In this document: positions 39,190 through 53,146 of the stretch, piece by piece
How positions within the stretch are numbered: position 1 is the stretch's first letter
How the letters are laid out: each line of letters opens with the position of its first letter
From: Eledone cirrhosa
Lineage: Eukaryota
DNA: 64,000 nucleotides
Direction of reading: 5' to 3'
NCBI GenBank assembly: GCA_964016885.1
Contig: OZ024743.1
Span: 182,466,001-182,530,000, forward strand
The notes under the pieces: generated by a model
Databases searched by the model: none
The model's input: only the letters and a program-made list of their open reading frames with translations
What the model was told of the DNA's origin: nothing
Translations under genes and position numbers: made by a program

Positions 39190-42100
39190 ATTGTTTACAT
39201 TCTGTGTTTTTCTACGGATGGGCAGAAATAACAAAATTGCCACGGTGATATCCATGGATGAAGTATGCAACAAAACTGGTCGATGTTCCAAAATAGAACA
39301 TTGCCCAGAAAATCACACCTGCCATATCTGTACGGAACCCGAAAACTCGTTCCGTAATCGTTGGGTCGAATGTGGAACCTGTCACATCTCTGTCTGCCTT
39401 CAATGCGCCACATGCTTCCGGAAGATCCCAGGCCGAAACAAGAAACATCATATTGCTATGATGGATGGACTCTGGGAGATGGTCCAGCTAACAAATTGGT
39501 CCTTTCAGTGCCTGGACTGTATGTCTGCCTCTACCATTGCTACTGAACAACAACAACAACAAAAACCAAAGATCGTGTCTTCCTCTACCATTGTTCCTGA
39601 ACAACAAAAAAAACTGAAGATCGTGTCTTCCTCTTGTATGTCTGCCTCTACCATTGCTGCTGAACAAAAACCGAAGATCGTGTCTTCCTCTACCATTGTT
39701 CATGAACAAAAACAAAAACCAACGACCATAGCTTCTGCAACCACCCCCGTTGAAAGACTTCAACAACAGCAACCCCTGTTTTCCTCCCCTGTTACTTTTC
39801 AACAAGAACCGACGACATGCCTGCTGAAGAAGAACAACAACAAAAATCGACCGTCAATACGGAGTTTGAGGAAATACGGCAAATGATTTCCGCTTTAAGC
39901 CGAGAAATAGCGGGACTAAAATCAAGTGTTCGTGTAGAACCTCACAATGAGGGATCTTACCAGAGTGCCTTGTTAAAAAATCTCTGCGTACCTCATGTTG
40001 AACCTAGACGCATTGAGAATGCCACTGAATCTGCAAACCACGAAGTGATTGCCATTGATGTACCAGAAGACATTGTTGATCTTCAGGCATTTGCTGCCAG
40101 TTCATGCAAAGACTTGGGCTGTGCTCCCGCGAAGGGTGCTCTATGCCTTGGCCGACCAGGTCCGAAACCCAGGCTAATTAGACTGTCTTTTTCGAACTCA
40201 ACTGAGGCCCGTTCATATCTTGCAGCCTCTGATAAAGCTAGGCGTGAAAGTCAGATTGCTTTCCGAACATGCCCTGGTCTTCCACCTGATATCCACCTGA
40301 AGCTGCGTGCTGCTGCTTCCTTAAACCGCAGCTCGGCAGAACATGAAAGCTTCAGCCTACGTGATGGTGGGCAGATATGGAAGTTTGTTAAGGCTGGTGA
40401 AACATGGAAAAGAGATACCAGCTGGTCTGAAAACACTGTACCCACAACAACTGACAATAAAAAAACTGAAAAAACTCTGCGAAACTAAATCAGAACAACC
40501 TGCCATCCCCTGCACATAATCATATACTGGAATCAAGGTAAAAATTGTTGTCCTTGAATGCATGTAGTCTATGCAATAAGATTCATCTTTTTGACTCCTA
40601 CGTCAAAAGTATCAACCCTGACTTCATTACAGTCACGGAAACTTGGGCATATCCCTTACTCTGTGATGGGGTTTTCAGCATAACTGGCTACAACCTGTTT
40701 CATAAAGACCGCATTAATCGTGGTGGTGGTGGTGGTGTAATGGTCTACATTAGGTCAAATTTTTCAGCAATTCCTTGTGTTGATTTGAACCAATCACAGC
40801 AGGAAGTTTTTTTCTGCGACATACGTATGACCATGTCAACACTGCTACTTGGAGTCGTTTACTGTTCCCCAAATTACCATCAGGACACTCAACTTTGTGA
40901 TATCCTCAGAGCTGCTGCCAGGAAAACAGCCACTTATGTCTTTATTGCAGGAGACTTCAATCACCCTGAGATTGACTGGGAAACCTTTCGTTGGCCGCAA
41001 AGTGCAAATGACTTCCTTGAGCTAGTGCTGGACTCGAATTGGTCCCAAGTAGTCACCTTCCCAACAAGAGGTGACAACACTTTGGACCTACTCTTCACCA
41101 CTACTGAAACGGTCATTAGTGTTACTGCTGAGGGACCTTTAGGTGACTCTGATCATGCTATGATCATTGCCAATCTATCCATCATGGGCAGTAACAAGAA
41201 CCACAACCATCTCCAAACTGCTCACTTTGACTGGAATAAAGCAGACTTAAACTGTTACTGCAACGTCCAAATTGGCTTGAGTTCTACGAGATGTCAACAC
41301 TGTACTCCAGAACATTCTGAGCTCAATATGGACAGCATGTGCAGCATCAGTGCCACATAAGTGGAAAAAACATCCCAAAAGTGCAATTTGGGAGACTGCA
41401 GCACTCCGTCTTGCCAGAAAAGAACCTCGCAATGCTGAATGTGAGTACAAACTGCACAAATCAGACATCAATAGGAAGAGGCGAAGTAAATCGTCCAACC
41501 ACCTCAAACAGGTGACAAAAAAAAACAGTACTTCAATTTGAGCAGCGCATAGCAACCAGCCCTGACAGTAAGGTGTTCTGGAAGTATGTTCACTCAAAGG
41601 CCTCACTCTCCAGTTGGTCCTCTTCACAATCCCCACACAAGCCAGGTTACTGACGACCCCAAGGAATATGCAGAGCTCATTTCTGAATGCTATGCAGGCA
41701 TTTTCACTAAAGACCAGAGTGTACCATCTCCATCACCTCTGACATCGGATTCTATTACAACTAAGGAATTTACACCTGCAATGCTGCGACATCACCTGAA
41801 AAATCAACGCAGCCATGCCTCTCCTGGTCTTGATGGTGTTACGTACCTGCTTCTTAAACGTGGTGGGCACTTGCTTCTGCACCAGCTATCACGCTTCTTC
41901 CAATTCTGTCTGAACAACAGTGCTACTCCAGAACAGTGGAAAACTGCCAGTGTCATTCCTCTGTTCAAAAAGAGTGACCGCACATCACCTGTGAACTATC
42001 ATCCAGTCAGTCTTACTAGTTGCATTGCCAAAGTGATGGAATCCTGTGTCAGAGAAACGCTTTGGAACTTCTGGAACTCTCAGTCTTATCCAGCCCTCGC

Positions 42101-43237
42101 AATTTGGATTTATCCCCAACTCCAGCTGCTATGAACAGCTTATCGAGTTTCTTGAGGACATCACCTGGATCACTGATGGCAGCTCATGGGTGGATGTTGT
42201 TTACCTTGACTTTGCGAAAGCTTTCAATTCTGTGCCACACAAAAGGCTTATGGCAAAACTCTCTACAATGGGTGTGAAGGATGATCTTTTTAACTGGTTG
42301 AAGTCCTTCATTCTCAGTCGAAGAGAGGTAGTCACGGTTCTGGGACAGCATTCCTCACCATAGATCTTGCTTGCAGTCTGACCTGGACACAATGCAACAA
42401 TGGATCTCAGACTGGCAACTCAAGCTAGCTGTGGACAAGTGCACCACCGTGCATTTTGGGAGTAAAAACCCAGCATCCACATACTCCCTCCACAGCACTA
42501 ATATCAAGAAGTCTTCTTGTGAACGTGACCTGGGCATTACGGTCAGCAGCGATTTGTGTTGGACGAAACACGTCTCTAAAATTGTCAAGAGGGTTGAGGG
42601 TGTTTGAGCACCACGCAGCAAGACTTTTGTCAGCCGCTCTCCAGCTATCTATTTAAGGCTGTATACAGCTATGGTGCGACCACACTTAGAATTTGCATCA
42701 CCAGTCTGGAACCCCATATCTTGCTCAGAACATTGACCTCCTGGAAACTGTTCAGAGACGTGCAACCAAGCGAATACCCTCCATCAGGCATCTACCTTTG
42801 CTTCCCTGGGCATGGATACATTGAAGCTCCAACGCCTGGCAACTGACTTGGTAAACGCCCACAAAATTGTTAACCATCTTGCCAACAACAACCCTGAGTA
42901 CCTTTTTGATTTCCATGTGTCTAACACACGTGAAAGGCACAGTTCCCATGACTTTCGGAAACATTTTTTCACGCTCAGAGTTGCTGAAGCATGGAACAAA
43001 CTACCTGCATCAGTTGTTAGCTGTCGAGACACTGCATCCTTTAAAACCTCCATGCTTCCCGAGATTCACCAACACTACACCTAATGTTCCCTCTCCACAC
43101 ACATGCACACATGTATATGACTCCTACACTGTTCACTTCCCTGACATTTGTATATTATTCTATATACTATACATGCACCTTTGACGAGTTGTAGTGCACC
43201 TGAGCACTTTACTGAATAATTTCATTATTATTATTAT
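39190..43237 (+). mobile_element. Near full-length decayed CR1-group LINE: ORF1 (PHD-like finger), ORF2 (APE endonuclease and RT), (ATT)n tail
   Basis: ORF1 in two frames (39218-39886, 39817-40488). EN motifs TETW, GDFNHP, LDL and SDH. RT motifs PGLDG, PVSLTS and YLDFAKAF. 3' FFTLRVAEAWNKLP. Confidence 0.93.
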
Positions 43238-43859
43238 GATTATACATTATCTTCTGCTACAAGTAACTTCAATAACATATCCAATGTTGAGAGGAATTCT
43301 TGTTCCCTCAGTACAGGAGATGTTGTAAACCACAGAACAGCCTTTAGTGAATGAGAACCATAACCAGAGTGTCAAGAAAGACATGTTCTTTCTTTTGAGC
43401 CCTATATGTATATATATATATATACATACTTAATTATATATGTCTAAACCCATGTTAGCGTAGAAGATAGACGTTAAACAATGATGATATATGTATATAT
43501 ACATACATAATTATATATATATATATATATACACATAATTATATATACATAATTATATATATATATTTCAACCCAACTCTCTATTCTATGTTGAATGTGT
43601 GTGTGTATATATATATGTATGTGTATATATATATATCACTCGGTCGAAACGACCACATTTCAACCCAACGTCTACAACAATAACACCAATATCTACAGCA
43701 ACAACAGCATCAGAATGAAGTGAACACCAACATCAAGAGGTACTACACCAACATTTACAACTGCGGCATCAAATGATTTTAAAAAATAAATAAATAAATA
43801 AATTTTAAAAAATCAACTGCCACCACCATCACCATCACCAGCGATCGGGCCTTAAGAAA

Positions 43860-44025
43860 ACGACTATAATAATAATAATTTTTCTGCTTTTGGCATGGGG
43901 CCAGTGCATTGTCCCTGTGCATTGCTGGTGCCTTGTTTTGTGGACTCCGTGGGCATGATGGGCAAGGCTGGCCTCGGCGGGATTTGAACTCGGAGCATAG
44001 ATGGCCATAGCTCTATGCTGTAAAG
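43860..44025 (-). mobile_element. Diverged tRNA-derived SINE
   Basis: ggcctcggcgggatttgaactc (reverse B-box) and (AAT)n tail on the left. Confidence 0.6.
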
Positions 44026-44339
44026 CAATTATTATAATAATACTCATAGTAACACATGACTTCAATTATACAAACTCTTTCAAAAGTCAACAGTTGACAT
44101 GATCTTGTATGAGTAATGACGGTAATATATATATGCGTGTGTGTGTGTGTTTGTATGCATGAGTGTTGGTGTGTGTTGTACGTATGAGTGTCAATGAGTT
44201 TTTTGGGGGTAGGGGGGATTGGCTCAGTGCACAGTCTTTCCTCACATTAAAAATATTCTTCACACACAGGCATTGCATTAATTAATAATTATTAATAGTG
44301 TTATTATTATTATTATTATTGTTATAACTATGCTGTAAA

Positions 44340-46402
44340 ATGGAGGGCCCATGAGTCCAGTAAGACATCCTCTCTAGTGCTGGTGGCACGAATAAAAGCA
44401 CCCAGTCCATGCTGTAAAGTGGTGCTGGTGTTAGGAAGGGCATCCAACCAGTATATATACTACTGCCAAAAACTATGAGCACAACAAATGAGAATTGCAA
44501 CAACTGTGTCAACAGCAATAGCACTAACCATGTTAGGGCTGTGCACGGTAGTGGGGTGTCTGGTGCGGCCATGTGTGAGAACCCCCCGACCGTCTTCAAG
44601 CAATAGCACAACAGGAAAAGGAACAAGAATATGAAGACGTCGCATCTCAGAGTTGCAACACTTAATGTTGGCACTCTGACAGGTAGATCTGGTGAAATAG
44701 CAGAGATGCTGGAGAGAAGGCACATGGATGTGTGCTGCGTGCAAGAGGTGAGATGGAGAGGTGCCTCTGCGAGACTAATCGCAGGCAAACATCTTAGTTA
44801 TGAGCTTTTCTGGATGGGTAATGATGATGGATTAGGAGGAGTAGGCATTTTCCTGGCTGAGAGATGGATTGATAAGACAATAGAGGTAGTTCGAGTTAGT
44901 AATAGAATAATTAAGCTTAGATTAGTTGTAGGCAAGAGACTACTGACAATCATCTCTGCCTATGCTCCCCAGGCAGGCCTAGGTAAAGAAGAGAAAGACT
45001 GCTTTTACGAGCAATTTTTACAAACAGCCGCAATGACAGAGGACGGAGACATCGTTATGTTAGCAGCGGACTTCGATGGTCATGTTGGACAGTTCTAGGA
45101 TGGTTACACTGGGGTATATGGTGGGCACGGTTACGGCTCAAGAAATGAAGAAGGAGTGAGACTTCTTGAAGTTTGTGATACAAGTGCACTAACCATTTGC
45201 AACACTAACTTCCAGAAACCTGCCAACCACCTAATAACCTACAAATCAGGTGAGGACATAAGCCAGATTGACTTCTTGCTAGTTAGGCAGCTGGTGTCAA
45301 ATACCAAGGCATACCCCAGGGAAGAATGTACCCCACAGCATAGGTTAGTCGTTAGTGATATCTCAGTAAGCAAGAGACGGAATGAGACATACAGGAAGGT
45401 GTGGAGAAGAAAGGTCTGGTAACTAAAAGACCTTTCACTAAAATATAAATTTAGGAAACCCTTTCAAGATGTGTATGACGAAAAAGAAGACGATTTAGAG
45501 TCGTATGACATAGATGATAACTGGAATTTCTTACCTGACAACTTACTGCAGGCTACTGAAGAAACTTGTGGCTGGAGCAGAGCTCCAACCAGACAGGGAG
45601 TGACCTGGTGGTGGAACAGCACAGTAGATAGGGCCATTAGAGACAAAAGACTAGCATGGAATGCAGGGGAAAATGGTGGGAGTAGAGAAGGATATACAGC
45701 CACTAAGAGAGAAGCTAGACGTCAGGTGTACTTAGCACGCAGGGAGGCTGAGAGTAGGAGGTTTGCCAATGTTCTGCGACGGGAAGATCAGAGACGTGCG
45801 GTATTCTGCATTGCAAGACAGTGTGTCGGTGCAAATCAGGATGTTGTTGGAGATAAATGTGTCCGGAATGATGCCGGTGTACTTAGTGTCACGAATGATC
45901 AGAAAAAGGAAGCCTGGAAATGTCATTATGAGAGACTGATGAATGTGGAGAACGAATGGGAGAGAGAGAAATTGCCCTCAGTAGATCTGACAGAGGGACC
46001 AGCTATTGAGATTGCTGAACATAGGGTCAAAGAGGTGATTAAGGAAATGAAAAATGATAAGGCTGCTGGACCGTTGGGGATAGTTGCTGAGATGCTGAAG
46101 GCATCAGAGGATGTAGGCACTAAACTGGTTGCACACATCATCAATCAGGCTATATATGGCGGTGTCATACCCAAAGTCTGGTGCAGCACTATTCTCATAA
46201 ATTGCTACAAAGGTAAAGGGGATGCTCTGGAGAGAAGCAATTATAGGGGCATAAAACTGATGGATCAGCTTATGAAAGTGGCAGAAAAGATATTAGCGCA
46301 ACTAATTAGAGAAAGAGTCAAACTAGATGAAGGTACATAAATGGCGTAGTGGGATCACAGGCAAGCTATCTAAGAACGTAAATTTTAAATGTGGCCGATG
46401 CT
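44340..46402 (+). mobile_element. RTE LINE 5' part (5'UTR, APE endonuclease, RT N-half), second subfamily, internally deleted
   Basis: MKTSHLRVATLNVGTL...CVQEVRW...SAYAPQ...ADFDGH, IDFLL and VTWWWN...NYRGIKL. After LDE it jumps to GITGKLSKNVNFKCGRC. Confidence 0.93.
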
Positions 46403-46415
46403 AGCATATATATTA

Positions 46416-46840
46416 CTAATTACACATCCAACGGAGCATGTATGCTTCGTTCCTTTCGGTCCAATCTGCACACAATGCCCATGTCTCACTGCCATATAAC
46501 ATTGCTGTTCGTATACAAGCATCATACAATCTGCCTTTCATTTTTAGAGGGAAGCCTTTTGTAGCCAACAGCAGTATTAGCTCTCTGAACTTTTTCCAAC
46601 CCATTCTAACTCTGGCTACTGTACTTTCAGAGCATCCTCCACCACTGTTGATTTTGTCACCCAGGTAACGGAAAGTGTCTACTATTTCTATAGAACCCTC
46701 TGGGCAGTTGAAGGAGCTAATATCCAGTGGGTACTTGCTATTTATTGCACCTGGTTACTGTACTTTCAGAACACCCACCTCCGCTGCTAATTCGGTCACC
46801 TAGGTAGCAGAAGCTGTCTACTGTTTCTACAGAGCCCTAT
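46416..46840 (-). mobile_element. RTE internal fragments in opposite orientation
   Basis: GWKKFREL...GSETWAL; colinear with 23560-23900, with a second partial DSF.YLGD..SSGGGCSES repeat at 46755-46838. Confidence 0.85.
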
Positions 46841-46843
46841 ATA

Positions 46844-46906
<63 letters not shown>

Positions 46907-46913
<7 letters not shown>

Positions 46914-47550
46914 CAAGAAACGTAGCGGGCTGTTGGGTTACTGTAAACAAAGTGTAAGATAGTAATATGGACGTAAACAAGAGAAGAAATCCTTCATCAG
47001 CTGTTAACTGTGATCATAGATGTTTTGGCGCTTAAAACAGGACATCGAAATCGATCAGCAGCACGCCCAAGGCCTTTTATCAATCAAAAGGCCACGAGGG
47101 AAAGAAAAGAAAAAAATAGTGAAGAGAGAGGAAGAAAGAGGAAAGAGGAAAAACGAAGTAAACAAACCGATTGGAGATACAGAGCAAGTAACCGAGGAGA
47201 AAATAGAATAAGTTACAATGAACCAATTAGACTTAAGTCTTGTGGTCAAATAACTGAGGAGTGGTGTATTTCCGTGCGATCTCAGCAAAGTGAGTAGCGA
47301 GGGAGAGAGACGGAGAAGGGAAAGGGAGATAATCCAAAAGAGTTTTATGACGTGTGAAACACAGTCGAAAACGAGCAGATGGATAGAGAGGGAGAGAACG
47401 AGAGAGAGAAGGATAGAGTCGATATGAAAGCGTGGTGGGACCACAAATCGAGCAAAATAGGTAGAGGGGGGGGGGGGTCACAGCGATAAATACAAAATTA
47501 CAAGAAACGTAGCTGGTTGTGTGGTTACTGTAAGATAGTAATATGGATAT
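46907..47550 (-). mobile_element. Possible Penelope-like/retrozyme-like non-autonomous element with terminal direct repeats
   Basis: aaaattacaagaaacgtagc...ggttactgtaa...gatagtaatatgga at 46907-46971 and 47494-47547. ctgatgaagg on the minus strand at ~46991-47000. Inserted in (TA)n. Confidence 0.5.
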
Positions 47551-47564
47551 AATATATATAAATA

Positions 47565-48100
47565 TACTCTTTTACCTGTTCCAGCCATCCGGCTGAGGCC
47601 ATGCTGGGGCACCCCCCCCCCCCCCTGTTGCTACACATTCTATCTCCAGCCTATGTTGGCTGGCCATTGGTGTAAGAGGGAGTTTGTTGCTGCTGCCCTT
47701 AGGTTACCTTTGTACCATGATGTGGGCTCATCCGGGATCCTAGCTAGCAGGGTGTCAAGATGTTTCTTGAAAATATCCACATCCACACCATGCAGATCTC
47801 TCAAATTTCTTGGCAGCTTGTTGAAGAGTTGAGGCCCTTTGAAACCCAGGCTATTGCAATATCTGCTCCTAGATATGAAAGACGGGACCTTTGGCACCAC
47901 ACTGTCACGCCCTGTTCGGGGGTCGGTCCAGTTCTCAATGTCAAAATTTGATGCCAGACTCTCCAAAATTTTCTATATGTATATCACTGTGTATCTCTCC
48001 CGTCTTCGTTCCAAGGAGTAGAGTTTCAGTTTTTTTAGCCACTCCCAGTCGCTCATCCCCTTCATCATGGCAACCCTCTTGGTGTAGTTTCGTTGGATTG
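47565..48100 (-). mobile_element. CR1-like LINE 3' fragment (second family)
   Basis: LKLYSLERRRERY...KGPQLFNKLP..LR...FKKHLD..L..IPDEP...AATNSL C-terminal motifs. Confidence 0.85.
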
Positions 48101-48339
48101 CTTCATAAATATAAAAGTGTAAACATAAATATAAAAGTATAAACATATATACAAATATATTTATAAATAATGTATATATGAATATACACATATATATGTA
48201 TAAATAAATAAATATATACACACATATATATAAGTATATACATAGTTATGTATATATATATACATATAGTGATTCAGCAAGAAATGAAAACAAAACTGAA
48301 GGAAAATCAAAAGCACAATAATAATAATAATAATATTTC

Positions 48340-48345
48340 TTTATT
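48340..48345 (-). promoter_or_regulatory. Candidate SLC25A32 polyadenylation signal
   Basis: AATAAA on the minus strand followed by a U/GU-rich tract (ttgtgcttttgattttcc...ttttgttttc). Would imply a ~3.5-kb 3'UTR. Confidence 0.35.
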
Positions 48346-49977
48346 CTATAATTGAGAAACAACAGTATCAGCAATAGAATAGAGGATTGGCAAAATAAGT
48401 GAATCAAGTAAGTTCATGCAGTGTAATTTTATACATTGTATGTGTGTGTTTATAAGAAGATGTAGGAAGCTCAGTTACAGAAAATATCTGCAATTGCAAT
48501 TTGTTGCTACAAAATAGCTTATGAAAATACAGTAAAGGCCCTTAGAGACGGGTAATATGTTGACAGCAGCTACTACAAAGAATCTATCTTTGTATCTCCC
48601 AGAGTTTGATCCTTTGTAGCGACCAGTCAACATGTTTTCCTTCTCTAAGGGTTTTTACCCTAATTTTTATAGCAACTGACAGTAATTGCAGTTATTTTCT
48701 GTGTCTGAGCTTTGTACATCTTATGAATTTATTTCCTCTGTGATTTTCTAAGACAATTTAGAGTTTAATCCTATCAGTTAATTTCCAATCACAGTAATTT
48801 TACAAAATCACAGAGTATATATAAACTAACCAGGAATAAATTACATTAAATTATTTAATTGATTTAATCCTGGTTATTGTATTCTTTATATATGTTACTC
48901 TAATACATTAATACCACTTAAATAACTAAAATCACGTCAAAACAGTTGACCACCGGGTTTTTGGCTGTAGCTTTCTGTTCATATTTCATCTAGTTCTGTT
49001 TTTCTTATTTTCACATATATGTAGCCATTTGTATAGTATTGAATCAACTGATTATACAATGGGGTGGATGGCATAAGATAAACCATTCAGCTATAAAATC
49101 TGATTGCCAGACAGAAAAAAAAAACATGCGGTAAACAGAGTTATGTACCTTGCTTATATAAGCTAAACAGAGTTATGTACCTTGATTATATAAGCTAAAC
49201 AGAGTTATGTATCTTGTTCATACACGTTAAACAGAGTTATGTACATTGCTTTTGACCATGGCCCCACGACACTCTCAGGAATAAGTGGGCGAAGAAGAAG
49301 AAGAAGAAGAAACACACAAAATATAACTAAGTTACCAAATTGATTACAATTCAAAATACCAATATACTTCAAGAGTAAGAGGTTTAATTTCCATTTGGTA
49401 TTTTAACAAGCACTTTAACTTATTTGATACCAAACCACGTGAAACAATCGCTGGTTCTATGATATAAAACTGTATATTCTAAAATCATCATCATTATTTA
49501 ACGCCTGTTTTCACTGATTTATCTAAAAACCTTACATCATAATTTATGTAAGAACCTTTGTTATGTTACGCTCCAAACACCAACTTAATAATGAAAAAGT
49601 GTGTTACATTACTAAATTCTTCCAAATTTTTAATTATTTAAAAAAATTATTTTAAAAACACAGCCAGACTCATCATTAGAAATACGGCATGGGAAGTATT
49701 AGGATGTTTACTTTAATTTAATGGGGGTTAACTCAAAGAAATATGTACTAAAAAATAAAATAAATAAATTTGCATACAACTCCAAATTTGTTGTATTTGC
49801 CAAGCTTTCGGTAATTCTGAATTCTTTCAAAAAAGTGAAAGGAAAATTATCAACAAAAAACCACCTAATGAAGAAAACAAAACAATTTCTGTAAAAAATG
49901 TTTATAAACGATTTTCTTTTTCATTGCATAATAACATGGTTTAACATTTTTCTACGGTTAATTATGACATTTAACAA

Positions 49978-50172
49978 AATGGTTTCTGAGTTAAGCACAT
50001 GGCCAACAATTTTGGGGGAGGGAAAGTCAATTAAAACGACTCTAGTGAATTACTGGTACTTTATATTATCGATCCCATAAGGATGAAAGGCAAAGTTAAA
50101 CTTAGAAGAATTTGAAGTCAGATTGTAAAAGGCCGTAACTCTACGCTATAAAGCATATTGTCCAGCGCTCCA
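49978..50172 (-). mobile_element. tRNA-derived SINE
   Basis: ctggtacttta...ataaggatgaaaggcaaagtt core in reverse orientation. Confidence 0.75.
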
Positions 50173-51837
50173 CTTACATCTGACAAAACCAAACAAAATA
50201 AAATTTCAGTAAGAATACAAAGAGAAATGAAAGTTAAAATTGAGACAATGATTAAAATAAAACTATTTGGTGTTTATATTCTACTGTGTATCACAGCTGT
50301 GGAAATTAATGTGGTTTTTAATGTTTATGCTGTTAAAACTTTTCCTATTACAAATACATCAAAATTTCTTGAGCAATGACAGAGATGTTATATATACATA
50401 CATATATATATCCAAACACACACATATATATGTGTGTGAGTGTTAGTTAGGTGTGTAACTACAGTAACAGGCGTGCCATTCGAAGCACTCAATGCTGTTA
50501 TGAGGTCCCTCTCGTGTTGGGTTGTATTCCACAGTTAAGGCAACTGTAGTGCACAGAGTCTGAATAGATTAGGTAGAATCAAAGTCAATGTTGCAGCATA
50601 TATAGAAACCTTATTGGCAATAAAGTTTCTACTTATGCTGCAATACTAACTTTAAATATACATATATATATATATTTCTTCACAAAAAAATGGTGTAATT
50701 TGAATAAATGCACTATTAGCAATTGTTCCCTTCAGAAACGGAATAGACCTCCGTTGATTTCAATGATGAATGTTCCAATTATTTCATCAATTAAAGTGTA
50801 AGTGTCTGAGTACTCCACAGGTGTGTACCATCATGGAAAAGACTTCTGTTGGTTTCGATGATAAGTGTTGCAGTTGTTTGATTAAGGAAATAGCCTCCTC
50901 ATGAAATTAACAAGTAAGTGGTTGTGTTTTCCACGGATATGTGTACCCTTAATGTAGTTCTCAGGGAGATTCAGCATCACACAATGTGTATGACAAGGCT
51001 GCTCCATTGAGTTACAGGGACAGATCATCAGACAGGCTTCCAAATAATTACCAACTACGCAATTTCTACTTCACAAGTCATGGATCAACCCCAAACTTGC
51101 CGAAGATGGCCTGTAGTGTGATCGAGCATGGAATGTAATGATTGCCAAGTGAAATTCTTAATCATTTGACCATGCGTTGATTTCTTTAGAAATAATCACA
51201 AATGAAGACATATATTGGTAAAGAACTAACTGCTGATGGCTTCAATAGTCTAAAGAATAAATTCATCCACTTTTTACTGAGTTCAGTTAGAAGAACTGGA
51301 AATCCTGGGACATCATTCTTTACAGATTCTTATTTGACATGAAGCTGTTTTGAGTTTGATTGCTGCTTTTTACGCACTATTTTTTCTTCTTTTTTTACTT
51401 TGTTTTTGCACACACATTTTTCTGATATGTTTATGTGTATTTTTCCATATTGGTAAGGAAAGTAACTCCATGGTGATTTCAACATCATTTTTAATCCTTT
51501 CCAGATGGAAAAGATATGAATAATATATCAGCAATCATATATTATAATATATAAATAATATAACTATGAGCAATTCCAGAATTTAAAAACAAAAACCCAA
51601 AGATATCAACAATGAAATAAATACTATGGATATATTTTGCATCTACTTTGTCGCTCCCTCCATTTCAATACCAAAATTACTCATAATAAACAAATTTTTT
51701 TTTTTTTTCTTTTCATAATATAAAATTCTAGTTGAACAAAAATTATTAAAAATTGTTGTTTCATATGATACTAAAAGCTATATTAACGTCTCTCCACCAA
51801 AATTCAAATGAAATTTATTTAATACTATAATTTGTAA

Positions 51838-52039
51838 TTAATCTGCTTTTACTTCAACATTTGTAGCTGCAGTTTGTTCTTGTAACAGAAGTTCAGCTTC
51901 AAGCTTCTCTCGACGTTCTCGTCTATCAGCAAATTCACTCATCATTGTTTCATAAACGAGGAATGTAATACAGCATGCTGGAGTAACTCGTAGTAGATTG
52001 GGTATGATCCCTTTATAAAATCCATTGACACCCTCATGC
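51838..52039 (-). CDS. SLC25A32: Mitochondrial folate/FAD carrier, terminal coding exon (HEGVNGFYKGIIPNLLRVTPACCITFLVYE...KAD*)
   Basis: Acceptor ttttgttttgaatttcag, phase 2. EG..GFYKGI.PNL.RVTPACCITF.VYE is the last helix region of SLC25A32 orthologues. No upstream exon found before 64000. Confidence 0.92.
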
Positions 52040-53112
52040 CTGAAATTCAAAACAAAACCCATTAAAATCAAGTCAGATAATTGGGAGGGGTAAAACTCCT
52101 GTCTGAGAAAAGGGGAAAAAAAAAACAATTCAATTGAAATAGGTATATGAAAAATGATTATATGAAATGTTTAAAATAAACTGAATCTCACAAAGGAGAT
52201 GACACAGGACTGAGCTATCTGGAGATATACCATAATATAGAAGACTAGAGATATATCGTAACATAAAAGACAGGAGATATACCATAATACAAAAGACCCG
52301 TCAACAAGTGCTACAAAAATAAAAATAAATGTGGTGAGAGATCAGAAGCTCCAATGTTTCACAATTGAACAGAGATAATGTATGGTTTGAGATAATCTGT
52401 GTTAGTGCCACAATAAAATACACCCAACTGTTCTTGTTGGTACCATATGACCAGTTCACTTTGTAAAATGGTAATGTTGGTGTCACAATAAAACCCCACC
52501 TCTGTAAGGACACCCAGCCATGGAAATTATGTCAAATATAGAAGGAAATGAGCAAGATTGGTCACTCCGACCCATCTGTTCTTGAACCATGGTAATGTAT
52601 CTAACCCATACCAGCTTGGAAAGCATATGTGAAAATGTTGATGATGAGGATGACGATAAAGATGGTGGTGACGATGACGATGATAATGATGTAATTATTG
52701 ATAGGAAAATTTGCGATTCGTTAGCTTCTCTAGTTTCTAAGCTATTAAGTTTGATACCTATGAAAGAAAGTAACACAAAAGGAAATAGTTTCTAATTAGA
52801 CCAGTGGTTCTCAACTAGGGTCCATATAAGAATTTTGGGTCTCCACATGCAAAAAGAGTAAATTGCTTGGCCATGGTAGTATTTTAGGTGTCCATGTTGC
52901 TTTCAAAGAATATATCTTAAGACTTAACCCTTTAGCATTTAAACCAGCCATATCCAGCCAGAATTCTCTCACCTCTTTCAGTTCAAACCGGCCATAACTG
53001 GCTATTCATACTGATGTTAAGGTATTGTTCTTAAAATAAATAATATCAAAATCTCATAGATTCGATATTATGTAAGAAAGCCTTTCCCACGAAAATACAA
53101 TAGTATATATAT

Positions 53113-53115
53113 ATA

Positions 53116-53146
<31 letters not shown>

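Noticed and set aside
44340-44460. HDV-like ribozyme at the RTE 5' end
   Set aside because: Known for some RTEs, but I could not build the nested double pseudoknot by eye; it needs a descriptor search.
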